DNA of 64,000 bases from Antedon mediterranea (taxonomy: Eukaryota > Animalia > Echinodermata), in the NCBI RefSeq assembly GCF_964355755.1, contig NC_092677.1, positions 9,074,101 through 9,138,100 of the forward strand, written 5' to 3'. Position numbers and translations under genes: made by a program. Position 1 is the first letter of the stretch. Each line of letters opens with the position of its first letter. The notes under the pieces were generated by a model. That model was not told where the DNA came from and ran no database searches. It was given only the letters and a program-made list of their open reading frames with translations. Below, one piece after another: positions 25,902 through 40,065 of the stretch.

Positions 25902-26532
25902 TCAACTTTCTCTCTTCCATGGCCGGCATTTGTCACTCTGTTGGCCTGACACTGAGTATCCTCCTCTGTCTGAGTAAATAGAATTGGCCGGAAATCGAAA
26001 CCTGCCAGAGTACTCTTCCAAATAAGTAATTTGCCTAAAAACATGTCAGCCAAAAATCAAGAACATCTGAGTTTTAATGCGCATGTGTTAACTCGTTACC
26101 TCTGTCTGCTGCTGAAATCTACTTTCTGTTTTAGGATGAACACTTCCAGGGTAGTAAGTTGTGTCCGGAAATCGTGTCCAGTCGTGGAATCCGCCAAACA
26201 ATTGGTACTCAGTTGACATCCAGGGGCATGGTAAATAAAAGACACATGTTGGCCTAAAGTTTCTAACAACATCGTCTGCAACAAACCGATTGACAGATGG
26301 ATTGTGAAATCCACTCCACCTGTTTGAGTGTTATTTTAACTAGAACTAACATAAAAAATGTAAAATCTTGTTATGTTAGGTCACGTCATGCATTACGTTG
26401 TCTGGTTCGTTTCCCATCGGCTACGAAGGTCAACGTGTTGTGGGAGAATGTGTAATCATCACTACCCTTCTCAACAAAAGGTGTTATCTGTTTTAGTCAC
26501 GGTGTATCTTTCCATGCATGCTCTCTGTACAT
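25902..26532 (-). CDS. Candidate three-exon gene (26532-26397, 26319-26100, 26034-25902), unknown product, in-frame TGA at codon 12
   Basis: Two AT-rich GT-AG introns (77 and 65 nt) separate GC-richer exons; the spliced frame is open for 150 codons after the TGA; no family recognised. Confidence 0.45.
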
Positions 26533-27132
26533 TTAGACGTTGCCACCAGCTGCCATGACATGTATACAATGTCCAGGTGTCTAGAGTATCTTTAAAGAAT
26601 ATTCGACCAACAACAGTATTCAGCAGGTACAGTGTCATGTTATATCACACAATATTTCTATTGTAAAACAAATCTTCCCAATTGGAAGTAAATTTGAATA
26701 AAAACTGTTTTAGAGTCTAGTCGGTCCTCTTCCTCGCCTTTTCCCATACCTTCTCCTAAACAATAGGCCTACTCGGTAAAATTTGAGAAAAAAATGTTTT
26801 TGCATTATTGATAGGGCATAATGATGAAAAAGATTAAAGCGATTGCTTAAACTTTCAGGGATCCGGGTTTAAGTCCTGTTCCAGTACAGCTTTTAATCCC
26901 AATAACTTCCAGAAATCCTCTGGTTTCAGAACAACAAATACAAACAACGACATGTTGGATATGCTACATTAGTTTGCAGATTTTAACCTTGTCTTTGTTT
27001 GCGCAGACATGATTAGTAAGTAACAAAGATTTATATGTACATGCAGATGTTCATCTAATAAAGGATATCGTCAATGTTATATCATTACAATTATAATACT
27101 TGCATAATAAGGCTGAGTACATGCTGCCATTC

Positions 27133-27310
27133 GGAGTAGCGATAGCCTAGTGGTAGGAAATTGACATACAGAAAGACCCGGGTTAAATTGTCGATAAAAA
27201 CTCCCATTCAATGGAGGACAAGTCGGTGTGGAAAGGAACTGACCACCATACCACATATTACCCGAGTCTTGTCGTTTGGTATAGTAGAGGAGGGAACTTG
27301 GGACTGCATA
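27133..27310 (+). mobile_element. Old tRNA-derived SINE remnant (second family)
   Basis: A-box TAGCCTAGTGG, decayed B-box GGGTTAAAT, GC-richer body GGAGGACAAGTCGGTGTGGAAAGGAACTGACCACC. Confidence 0.5.
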
Positions 27311-27919
27311 ATGACAGTTGTGACTGGGATCAGTCCATTACTGCATCATCATTTGTTCGACTAAAGGTTTTAATGTATCATGTGTAAGGTAATTAGTTGT
27401 TACCTATTTAGTAATTGTAAAATAAACACAAACATTCTGTTTAGATGGCGCACCATGCTAGTATCATTTTGTCTTTATTTCATAAACTTGGCTTTTGATA
27501 CTTTATAGTGATACATATCTTCTCCAAACGTCATGTGTTTTATAATTCAACATCGTTAATCGTTGATATCCAATTATAAAGTTAGATTTGAATCTTTGTT
27601 TTCCAAATTAGGTATCAATCAAAACTGTAAAGAATATCCACAGAAATTCCAAACTTACATTTAAAATATTCGTTTATTTAAATAATGGTGACAATTTAAT
27701 TTTTGATTAAAAAATTATGTATGAAAAGAGTTATCAATTTAACAATGCAGCTTAGAAAGAAATAAGTGAGTTTAGTTGGAAAGATGGAGCATTCGTTTTC
27801 CTGTGTCAATCAATATGCATTTACGTACGGTTTGAAAGTTTTATATACTTTTTCCTAAAACAATAATGAAGTTTGTGGTGACGGATCCCAATTTGGATTA
27901 CTTAAAAGAAAGTGCTTAC

Positions 27920-28100
27920 CTGGTATACAACTAGTCACTGTAGAAGAGGATGATAATGAAATAGAATTTAGTAAGAAACTTCCTTCTATGGACGTGTGGA
28001 GTCATTTCAAATAATAGTTTCAAGGCCCAACTATGAGAAACCATAAGAACTCAGCTCCACTTTAACCAACATCAACTGGAATGAGAACGTAACCGACAGT
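27920..28100 (-). other. Candidate non-coding (5'UTR) exon, 181 nt
   Basis: Acceptor tatcatattttcag|A and donor CCAG|gtaagc; stops in all three frames. Confidence 0.45.
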
Positions 28101-28461
28101 CTGAAAATATGATAAATAAGACAAAAGGGATTAAAAGTACTTGTGATTTTTATAAAAACAAATATTCACCAACACTATAATTTCAACAGTACAAATTAAA
28201 TGATGGTGTTTAGGCCTAATATCATTCGAAATGCCTTTGTTTTCACACATCCAGACACCAACAAATCAATCAATGCAGCAATTGTTGTCTTTATAGTAGC
28301 AATGCATCTAATGTAAATCGAAAAATACAGGAAACATTTCCATTTAATTAAAAATGTTGATTATGATTGACTAATCAATCAGAATTTGAAGTAGGAACAT
28401 AGTCTTGAACTGCATGTTTGGCTATATAATTCATTTCATTTAATTCATTTCACTATAGTTA

Positions 28462-28839
28462 CCGTAAAACCAAAAGAAGCCCCTTTTCGAAATCGAAGAA
28501 AGCCCTCCTCTTTGGTCTGCAAAAGTAATCTCGAAAGGAAGCCCCCCCCCCCCCCCCGGGCTTCTTCTTAAAGATAGAGACTATTTGTTCAAAGGAACAA
28601 GATGTTTCAATGCCAAATAACTTGATGCAGATATAATGTAAGATTGAGTTTATACAGACATTTGTGTTACAGTTTAAAATAGTATTTTGATCACAAAAAG
28701 AAATGTAAAATTGGCAGGTATTATGTCTCAAAAAGTAGCAAATCAAAAAATTTACACCATTCATATCGAATCTTTAGTTTCCAAATGAAGCCCACCAAAG
28801 AGTACTAAAAAAGAAGCCCATGGGCATAAGGTTTTACGG
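28462..28839. mobile_element. Tc1/mariner-superfamily MITE with CCG termini
   Basis: TIR CCGTAAAACC / GGTTTTACGG, TA on both sides, internal GAAGCCC repeats in both orientations. Confidence 0.85.
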
Positions 28840-30318
28840 TAATTTGTAGTGATACTGTTAGGCATGCCACCTAACAGTGATACTATTAGGTGGCATGCCA
28901 CATTGGCAACAATGCTCACTGAAACGGTTCAAGAGCAATCAGAGATGCCTCCTATTAAATTTAATATTATTAAGCCCCGTTTTTATATTTATATTGTTTA
29001 AAGTGTACCAAATAGGGAATTGTCTATTGTAATATTATATTATTGTTATAGAAAGTTATTTAGTTTTCATTTTGTGACAACAAAAGTTACGATTTAGCCA
29101 ATCAAAATTAGAAAAATATTTAAAGATTTTCCAGAATTGGGATCCTTTAAAATTTCATTGAGTCTTCTCCGTGAACATGCAGCTTTGGTTTAACATTCGT
29201 AAAGATCCGCCTTTAGTTTAAAATTCTTCATTCAATATTTCTTTGGGCTTCAGTATCAACACGTATTATTACAAAATTGTTATTTTTTAAATAATTCCAG
29301 TATATAGTGGTATACTCCCCCCTTTTTTTTGTTTGGCATGCACGGGTGTTTTATTGATGCAATATTTGAATGCGAAGACTTTAGATTGAGGGAGGTTGAT
29401 TTTTCTAACATGTTTATATGCACCAGACAATTGAATTATATCAACAATTTATTTTTCAATATTCTTCAAAAAAGTTGTCAAGAGCTTCAATATAACACAT
29501 ACATTGGTATCTGTTTAAACACGGCTGTCCTGTACGTTATAATTACACTTTCGTTAGAATAATTGGTTGAGTTCAATCATAGTGTAGACTTCATCAAAAC
29601 TAGAGCAACTTATATTTAACTTGATCGATTCAGTTTTAGTTGGTGGTTTTCAACCTGTCGCTTAATGTCAAGCTTTTTTTTTAAAGTTAACTTTCTGTTC
29701 ATGTCTGGCTTAAAATAACAATGAAAGTTTTATGATTTTACCATAATCTTACCAACTAACTCCACCTATCTGTTCTATAAGATAAAAATAAATAAATGGA
29801 TAAATCGGATCGTTATACGCGATTCACACGGTCCGAACATGATCTCAGCTGATGTTCGGATACCGCCACCAGTGCTAATAGTTACATTATTACACAAGGC
29901 ACATTCATATGGTCCTAATCATGACTTTAGGGAGCTTTCGATTTTGCGACGACTTGGACCTATGATTCATGACGTCACATATCGGAAGCCTACTATTTGC
30001 ATACTGTACGTTGAGTTTGGCATTTTTTCTTTCGTCCGACCGTCGTTTGTTCAACTCAATATCCAAATGGATTTACTGTTTACACATTTCTCAGAGTGGA
30101 TGAAAAATGACGTAATGCAACATTTACATAAGTCATGAATTCTAAATCGCAAATCGACAGCGCCTTCTCTAATGTGAGACATTTGAAGGCGCTGTAGGCC
30201 TACTGTGGATGCCGTGGCTCTAAAGAATCTCTATTAATTCAGGAAAATTACAGTACGGTATATCACACTGTCGTCAACTTCGTTTTTTATCATGAATCTA
30301 GAAATTCTGTCAGTGTTA

Positions 30319-30507
30319 AGCTCTGTCTACACTATCAAATATATATACTATACGCCATTATGATGATGATATCAAACTAGTTTGATGGTACTATTAAACT
30401 TTATGTGACAAAAGTGTGCCCATATATGGACATGATGATGTCATATCACTACCATATTTGTGAATATCACTTTTTGTCACATAAAGTGTGATAGTGCAGA
30501 CAGAGCT
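30319..30507. mobile_element. Harbinger-like MITE family, copy 1
   Basis: TIR AGCTCTGTCTACACTATCA / TGATAGTGCAGACAGAGCT, TTA on both sides. Confidence 0.85.
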
Positions 30508-32608
30508 TTAGAAAATTCTATGCACGAAAACATTATTTGACGTTTCAACTTCCACTGGGTATACATTAACATTCAGATATGATCACAACATTGACGGCAT
30601 CACGTCTAACGAAACCAATATGATCCCTCAAATTAATGACAGAGTTCAAATGTCGCGTGTTCTAATGTTTCATAATGTTAAAAAAATAACATGGTTAGCG
30701 TTATTATTCCAGTCGTATGTACATACAACATTAACTGTCTATCAACTGGCAAACATGACGGTGGCGAAAAGTAAATTAATACAATCTCTCAAAATGACAA
30801 GTCAAATTTCAAAATGTTCTGAATGTTCTAAAAATCTTATTAGCATGAACATGTATGTACATAACAACAGTCAGTCTATCTATCGCGTGGCAAACACATT
30901 GGAAAAAATGAATTGAATATTATGACCTCTCAACGTTATAACGGAGGTCAATTGTCAAATCATGGAACAGTGAGATTACCTGGTCAAAATGTTTATCATT
31001 TCAGAATGTTCTGAAAATAGCATATTTAACAACAACATTCAGACTTGCTATGATTTGAAATACATGATGATTATTATTGCATGTCAGGAGTTATCGTTTT
31101 GTAAAATGTTCAAAAAGAAGGAGTAGCCTATAGTTTAGAATTTCAAAGGGTCTTCTATCAAAAATCCTTGAAAATGAACGCGTAGAAACAAAAAAGAAAA
31201 CTAAAAATGTAATATATTATGCAAAAGTAGAAATGGAGTGTACGTGTGTTTCAGTTCTGACAGAAACAATCCTTGGATGAATAACCTATAGTTATACCTC
31301 CGTGAATAATGCATCCATTGTAAACATATGTAGGCCTATGGATGTCGTTCAGCAACATTGAAAATTTAAATAGTAAGGGAGAAGAGGTGGTGAAGGGAGG
31401 CAATACCTTTTCTTTAATGCGACTAGTACTCGAATTAATTCATATGGTATGCATACATTGCCTTTGTATAACCCGTGAAAAGAATTTAAAGAAAAGAAAA
31501 TTATAAACCGTAAATAGGGGACGTTATTTAAAAATGAATTTACATTAATGAAAAAATAGAACACAGAACATGTTTCGTCTGAGTGAATAAAAGAACATTT
31601 ATAATGTTAATGAAGTCAAGAAGTTTTGCCAAAAACAACTGGTTGCTTGAAAAAGTTTTTTTTAGATCTAATATTTCTAGATTCCAAACATTAGGTTAAA
31701 ATGTCACAGATAAAAAACTGAGGAATATTTAACCCTAAGATAATAAAATTGTAAATTAGGAACACTTTCGTGATTTATTATAGTCATCATAACTAGGCTA
31801 AGTATGTACCACATACGCTCGCCTCTAACTTGGTCTAAAGTGATTTTGTTTGTTTGTCTGTTTCTTTATTTCCATTCACAAAATCATAAACATACATAAA
31901 TAATCACTACGAAACAATCTAATGTTTAAAAAATCTGATATAAAGATAATAGAAACGACATCTTGGAAAAGCATCATGAAAAATTGTAAAAAACAAACGC
32001 CAAGTTTTAAAATTTGTTTCAAAAGAAACACTACAAAATGATGTAAATATTTTAATTTGAAAACAAAATCTAAGACGGATTGCTTTGCTCTACCTTAACT
32101 ACTTTAGAGGAAAAAGTACAATCAATGCAATCTGTTAGATTAGCCGGAACAATGAAGTCTACCCTTGTCACAACTCAAATTTAACTTTTGTTTAAAACCA
32201 TGAAAGTGGTATATATTAGTATCTCATACCAGTATTGCTATTCACATTTGGCCGAAAACAATGGTTTGTCAAACAGTATACATTATGCAAGTTAAAGTAC
32301 TTTACTGGTTCTTCAGCAAAATAACAGGAACTTGTATGTCAAAACAATATCCTATAGAGGCTCGTTATAAAAACTGGTTTAAATGTAACGCACGCTCCCA
32401 ACTCTCTGTACACCACCCTAAATCATTATATTGTGTCTATGACCTCTGACATCACAATATAACTATAATTCGTCAGGACACTCTTTGAATGTTATTGAAT
32501 TTGAAGTCATTTCAGTTGGTAACATTTTGGTCTGTTCTAAGTAGGCCTACCTAAAACAAAATAAATAATAACTCTGTCTCATAATCGCTCAAAACCAGCC
32601 CTTTTAAA

Positions 32609-32730
32609 CAACAAGGCTATATACATGGCTGCAGTTGCCTGCTCAAGTTTGAGTTAGTGTTTACCGACCGACCGACCGACCAACCAACCGGCACAGTGAG
32701 CTGTAGAATCGCGTTTGAACGTGACTAAAA
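32609..32730. mobile_element. Helentron-associated (DINE-1/HINE-like) non-autonomous element
   Basis: (CCGA)n/(CCAA)n microsatellite, terminal hairpin TCGCGTTTGAACGTGA followed by CTAAAAA, AACAAGGC at the other end. Confidence 0.55.
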
Positions 32731-34414
32731 ACAAGAAAATTGATTTGGAACATTTTATGTTCCAACACAATCTTTATGCTAAATTATTCCTCTATCAGAC
32801 TTATTTGTAAACAATACTTTTAATACTTCTCAAAGATAATAAAAATAATTATATATTTTAAAACTAGTACCGATAATTTTTGGAGACCTAATAATAACGT
32901 ACTCGAATGGAATATTCACTCTCTACAAATATATTTTTACTTCGAACCTTCGAATTAAAAGATAACACAGTGAAAACAATATTGTCTAGATTATTCAGGC
33001 ATGTGATGTTTTATCAAATTGTGTTGTCTATCTCAACTTTGTTTGCTATGGAGTTATTACACTTTTTAAAGATATTTGCGTGTGGTGTTTTTGGTACAAA
33101 CATTAGAAATGTTACTTTAAAATGAGCTCAGAAGAGCTGGAGTTAGATTTAACAAACGTGCTTGGCGAAAACTTTGTTTTAAACCAAAATGTTTATTCAG
33201 GTTTAAAAATAACCTAAGCAAATATTTGTTTCGAAATGTTTTCTTAAATATTAATTTGATTTTAATTGGTCCATTCGAACCGCTTTGATACATAATGCGT
33301 CCGCGTAAAGTACGCACATCCTTGACTGAATTATTTAACAAATCATGATTATGACGATGGTAAATCGCAGTAATATAAATACAGTATAACGATGACTGAA
33401 GATGATTATGATTATTTTGGTTATAACTATTTACTGTATATCTTCTTGAAAAATAAAAGAGTTTAAACCGGATTTAAATTAAGGGACGAAATAAGCAAAC
33501 ATTAAAGATACCAAACATAAATTCTGTGATAAAAGTGTGATTTATTGAATTTAAACAGAAAGAAATAACGAAAAAATGAATATAAAAATACAGGTGAAAC
33601 TGACTTACCGTAACTGCTGTGTACGGCGTAGCAACTAATGTTGTATGATCGATTGGTTTATTGGACTCTAAATGTATTTTAATTTTGCATAAAACCGCAA
33701 TCAATAAACCGCAACCATATTTATTGATAGTCTAACAACCACACAGTTTATTTTCTCTATTCGAACTGTCTGTCATCGCTTTACGTCCGTTCCGACTGCT
33801 AAAATAGTTTTTAAATACCGTTTACTTCCAAGCTGATATATAAATATTGATTTAGTTGTTTAAAAGTTCTGTTTAATACGAAAAAATGTCCAAATATGCC
33901 TAATTATTCTTTTAAATAGTATTTGCTGAAAAGACAATTACAAAATTAGTAACGTTTTACGTAGATGTACAGTAACCTTATGTACAATAATATAAAAAAA
34001 GATTGTTTCCTTTATTAAGTAGACAAATTTAAAATAGAACAAAACAGTAAACTAAAAAAAAAATTTACGAAAACATAATCATCAAAACAAATTATAGTAA
34101 CATACAATCACATATTGTAGGCCTACAGTTTGTTTTAAACTTTATTCTTATTTAATAATTTAGGAATTTACATTTTTCGTCACATAGGCCTACCGTTCTT
34201 CCGTATGTGTACACAATATATACGGTAAGTGTTATGAAAGTAATTTTTAAAGTACGTTTTATTCATTAATTCTATTTCTTAAAATATCCAAACTAGAAAC
34301 TGCGAGATGTTTCCTGTCTGCAATACACGACTATTACACTGTACCCTACCTACATATTTAACGGAATCTAACCCTCTAAATTTCAATTAATTGAATATAT
34401 TTGGATTCCAGGAT

Positions 34415-34589
34415 CAGGGAAAATTTTCATTTAAAAATTTTGTTTAGCAATATTGCTAATCAAACTGATTTTTAAGTCCAAAAACATAGTTTTGTATTGT
34501 ATTTTTTGCTACACAATTTTCAAAATGTGTAGCAATAAGGTTGTTTTGTATAGCTTTTTGCTACGCTACACTGGCGAAAATGTTCCCTG
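34415..34589. mobile_element. hAT-like MITE with 5-bp target duplication
   Basis: TIR CAGGGAAAATTTTC / GAAAATGTTCCCTG (13/14), AGGAT duplicated at 34410 and 34590, internal TTGCTA/TAGCAA repeats. Confidence 0.8.
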
Positions 34590-37500
34590 AGGATAGCGAC
34601 ACTGTATCTTCAATAGTAAACATGGACGTCCAGTGCTTTTTATAGTTTGCTGTTCTTGGTGTTGGTTCCTTTTGGTCTATATTTTTATACTAGTTTTGAT
34701 AAAATGTTTATTGTTGGTTTTTTGGATAAATAAAGAAATTGTGTATATGTAGGTATGAAATGAAAGTTACTAAAGTGGTTGCCGGCGGGTGGATAATTTA
34801 TTAGTATGATGTGTTTATTTTCCGTAGACTGTAGCATCTTTTTTCCTGTGAGTTATGGAAGCACGTTCATCTAACATATATATTTCACATAGTTTATTCA
34901 ATAATTTGGTAATTGCTTTTTAGAAAATCCGAAAGGTAAGTGTGTGTAGAATTTCAAAGTCGCTTGGAAAATTGTTAACAAATGACAAAACTACAACATA
35001 AATATATATAAAAGTGTATTATGAACCTACCCTCATAAGAATATAAGTTGAATGATCATTGTGTTAATGTTCTTATCGTTTATGTCTGCGATAGAATAAA
35101 ATAGATAGAAAGACAAGATATTTTCGTCGTTTTTAAGTAGGCCTACAAATAAAAACGGTGATCAGCAAACCGAAAAGTAAACTTCTAAATTTACCAAATA
35201 TTCCATCCAGTTGATCGATTGCGACAGGATATACACGAAAGCTTAAGTTCGCAATCACTACATCTAAGTCGGTTACAGCAACAGTTACAGTTGTTTTGCT
35301 TTAATGTATTATCGGTATATTTAAACTCACAAAGATAAAAAATATATTATTCGTAATTATAGACTAATACTTTAATGGCTACTGAAAATTAATAATCCTA
35401 AATACTAGGAATGAATTAACAACGTGGTCTACAAACAACCCATTATAAATTCAGAAAACTACCGGTATTTGACTTAAGCCTACGTGTCGAATCTTGAATA
35501 GGAGCGGGCTGGTTAGGATTCAGGAACAGTAGAATTAATTGTCCCAAACCTGATACCGAGTATTATTGGTTAGTGCACTTATAGATAACATTATAGCAGG
35601 CCTAACTTGTGTTGCCCTCAAATCAAACGTGTTACTACCATATGGTGATAATGATATGTTTACCTAAAAGGCTTGGGGAAATTAATATAAGCAAAAAGTT
35701 TCTGTCAAGTCTGCAATTTCCGTAAAAAGATTATTTATTCAATGCAATAATAGGTCTAATTGAATTCCTGACAGTAACGGTAATTTTTAATAGAAGTTAG
35801 GGAGGTGAAGTGGGACGGGGGGATTTCAACTTTATATGTATTAAGGTGTATTAAAGCTGAATCCATCGCAAAAACCAAAAAAAAGATTGACTTTGACTAA
35901 AAGATTTGTGTTTCTTTTTTAAAATTATTTTTTCTTCTTGCTTCAGCGGTATGAATATGAAGACAGTAATTGCATTGTAATACAATCGATTATTTAATAA
36001 ATTAATACATAACTAAACTTTGGATCTATTAATATATTAATTTCGAAGGTCATACCCTGTGCACGTTGTAAATAGTGTACCGAGCAAACGCTGTGGTATC
36101 AATGAGCATTGCAAGTCTACAAACCTTCCAATGAGACGTCAAAATAGTCAAAAGTTAACATTTATTTCTCTTATCGTAAATTTGAAATTAAAAGAGAAAA
36201 TAGAAAAAATGCCAAGCTTGTGAGAGGCAGATAATCAGAGAAAAGAACCACAGGACAACACGGAGACCGGAAACTTTAAAAAAAACTTTGGAGACTTACA
36301 ATGTCAGAGTGCCAAAAGAGTAACATATAAAAATATATTTTACTTTGACTACACAAAAATCAATGCAAAACAAAATAACAGCCCAATGGCGAACTCGTAA
36401 GAGATAGTTCGTTTCAGTAAAAAGATTTTCAAAAGTGTGGTTTGCAATAACTGCATCAGATCTTTCGATCTTTCCTTTCGAAAAAAAATGATTTTATACA
36501 GGTAACAGATTAAACTTAAAACCAACGTAATTAATTTTTAAAATTTTTATTTTGAAATTGTTTTTGAAAATACGTATACATATTGATATACACTTTCTCT
36601 TGTCTAAAATATAAAGATCTTGTTTTTTCCATGTGACAAACCATTATAATTTTATTTTTTTTAAAGTTATTATTATCGACACAATAACAAAAAAAAAACA
36701 AAAATTAACATAATGTTTGTTGCGTTGATGCTTACTGGACAGCGATGCCTCTTTCGAAATCGATGATTTTCAACCGTGGCGCTCTTTCGTCAGCAGTGCT
36801 ATATTGATCACTGCGGTATATTATAAGGCATCATGTTCTATTAGAATTCTAATAGAATGTCTGATCTTTGGAGCTACATTCAATTAACCTAATATATAAG
36901 CTACAACCAAGAAGATTATCGAAGCAAGCAGTGATTATTAGGGCGAAACCCATAACGTGTGATATCCTGAAAGCATAAGTGGCGTACAATTAAATACAAA
37001 ATTAGTGTATAAATGTTAATCATTACAGTTGTCCGGAAAATAATTTAATATAGTTATAATAATTGTTAATGCCCAACAAATGTGGTTGTTGGTAGACCCA
37101 CCTTTTGTGGCATACGGTATATATATGATCGGTTGTCGTTACCATGTGATATTTTGTCTGTGAAGCCACTTATACTGCTTACTAGTTATATAATAGTTAA
37201 TACCATGGAGTTACGCAGGAACTGATTAACCCTCTGTTTTACGTTGGTATTGAGTTTAGGCCTGGTAGTAGGCCCCAGGAGTAGGCCTCTGTACATGATC
37301 GGGTCGGATCGTATTTGTTTCCTTTGGCCCCGGTTATTCCATTATGAAAAATATACTATAATACTCCCAGTGTAAATACACAGTCTAGGAAACATTACGC
37401 ATTGATGTACATGCATAATGTTGTAGTGTAAGTTAAACTTTATTTACAGGTTTTAACATTTCTATGCACTAATGTATGGCGAACATTATGATACTAGATT

Positions 37501-39856
37501 TAACATACCGACATTACGCAACGTACATTATTGTGTAGGCCTAATTCTTCCTTCAATGAATACTAATAATAGGACTTACCGTACATAGGGCTAACATGAC
37601 ATGACGTTCCGATTATTCTAGGGGCACACCATTGTGCATTATTATTTTAGTCCATGTTATGTTAAATATATTGTGTAGACATATTATAATCTATGCTCTA
37701 TGTATAACATTATAATTGATTCTGTATATATATATGCACATGACTATGTTGCATACATTATATTGCAACTCAATCATTTCATGGAAAAGCATCCTTATAA
37801 TAGAGAGTGGTTCTTGGAAAATTCAGATTAAAAGATTGAGTTATTAAATATGTGTTCGTATTTAAATATGTGAAGGGTCTCTTTCGATTTGGTATCACAA
37901 TACAACATTTCATATGTGGTGGAATATGAATAGAACATAATAAAATAATACCTTACACAGACCTAATGTATGCAGCTAATGTAATGTACATAACGTACTC
38001 ATATTATACATGAACATATCCTGCGGTAGTATACTTGTAAGTGTAGCCATACTGTTCACTGTTGCGGACAGCATTAATATAAAGGATAAAGTGCATTGCT
38101 GATACTTTCCGTAGGCCTATGCTTTAATGTGCTTGGTTGGTTTCTATCCACCAAAGTTAGCGATAACTTTAACAAAGAAAACAACAACAAAATAAAACTA
38201 AGCTTGAACAGTTCCGACGCTTATGTAACATTCATGTTCCACATTCTATAATAGGAACACGCCTTATATGCCTAAGTAGGCCTACATGCTTTTCAGACAG
38301 TATTATTGTAGAAACATGAACGTCCGATCGTCAAACATGATAGTTCGCATATATCCCAACCACTGCAACCATCGTAAAATGTCAAATTGTGAAAAAATGG
38401 TACAATTTTTGGCAACATGGGCCTAGGACTGGGCTAATGTATTACTAAGGACCTAACTAATTACCAACAACCAAAACTCTCTATTCTATAGGCGTTGGAT
38501 GTTTCAATAGCAGACAATGTATAACTTATACATAACATCATATGAATGTTAAAAGACTGCTATGATTTCTGTTATAGTGACTCGTTAATTTAATTGTACC
38601 GTGAAATAGAATTTCATACGTTTGGAACATTCGTACCCACTTTACATACCTACTAAACAAAGCTCATGATGCTGTCTGGTACTAATAATACTTACGATGA
38701 AGATGGATGGATACAAAAGAAAATGTACCAAATATATTTATTAAAATATGCCTCCCCTATGACGTAGGCTATATTTATTTTAGGTAGGCCTACATCACTA
38801 GTACTCATATAATCATTAATTTGTCCTAATATAATACGTCCCAGCAAATGTTATCAGTTGTATTGTATGTTATAATTACTAATTAATGCACTGGGTGAAA
38901 TGTGTTCCCTGTGACAAGATATAATGAGGTAATATGATTTTAACCCAACAAGGCACCTCCAGGAAATTTCACTCTCAGCAAGACAACCACCTACTAACCT
39001 TGCATTGTCAGGCGTATTGAAAATAACCTATTCAATATATGTCCATAATGGAATATCTTTATGCCATAATCTTATAAATGTATAAATTGTTTTTAAAAAA
39101 ACAGATGTTAAAAGTATTCAGGAATATATTTTAATCGATTACAGTGTCAGTCTATACATGGAGGTATATAATATCTATTTTTAAACCTCTATCTATATAA
39201 TTTATATATAGTCTATATACCAAAACAACACTATTAATATATAACTCTACGAAGGATTAATTCTATTTTCTTAATTGCCTATCCAGTGCATGTGTTCAGG
39301 ACCTTTTAATTGTCAGTATGTATGGACTGTTGAGACAATATATGTGTTCCCGTCAAGAACATCCATAGCATCAAATGTACGCACATGATTTGTGTTCCAT
39401 CCACTGTGTTCACTTATTATGTTTACTGTAGGCCTATTTACATTAAAAAGCTTTTAGAATAAAGATAAGTTGATAATAATTTGCCAAGCTCTATAGTTAC
39501 ACTATACCTATAATGCTAAGTATTGACTTATTTAGCAAAGGCATACCATACATTGGTATTAAGTCAAACATTTATTGTATATTATCACTTATTGTATGTT
39601 AACCTATTACTGAATCATTACACATGCTAGGCTACTCCCTAGGCCTCTTGTCAGGCTGTATGCTACCGGGCATGTACTGTTTACTGATTATATATGATCT
39701 ATCGTATGACCATGTTCGCACATTACCGAACATCACAGAACATTTAAATCATGTTCATACCTACTAGTTCTTAATTTAGCTACCTTATCGTAAATTTAAA
39801 TTAAAATAATTTCGCGAATAAAGCAGTGATGTATTTGACGCGTTTATAAACCTTAC

Positions 39857-40065
39857 CTAATAACATAGTTTCTGTCCTAGGCAAGCACAATTATGTAAGC
39901 TATGTTCACGATAAGCAGCATCATCCGAGCATCATCCCGTATGTTCTCCAGGCCAGCAGACAGTTAATCTCGCTGCTAGGTGCCGGCTGCGAAATAATGT
40001 TGTAATACCTTGAACTTCGCCGATTCCCGTTGCGGTTAATTTACGTTCTCTACTTAATATATTTC
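39857..40065 (-). promoter_or_regulatory. Candidate TATA promoter and first exon
   Basis: Minus-strand AATATATTAAG at about 40053-40063, GC/CpG-rich ~175 nt, donor TTAG|gtaagg at 39856. Confidence 0.4.

Noticed and set aside
26494-26502. CCG-TGA-C resembling an antizyme +1 frameshift site
   Set aside because: The +1 frame reads GAC TAA and stops at once; no antizyme similarity.
36735-36800. Minus-strand CTGACGA...GAAA hammerhead-like motif
   Set aside because: Stems I and II do not form.
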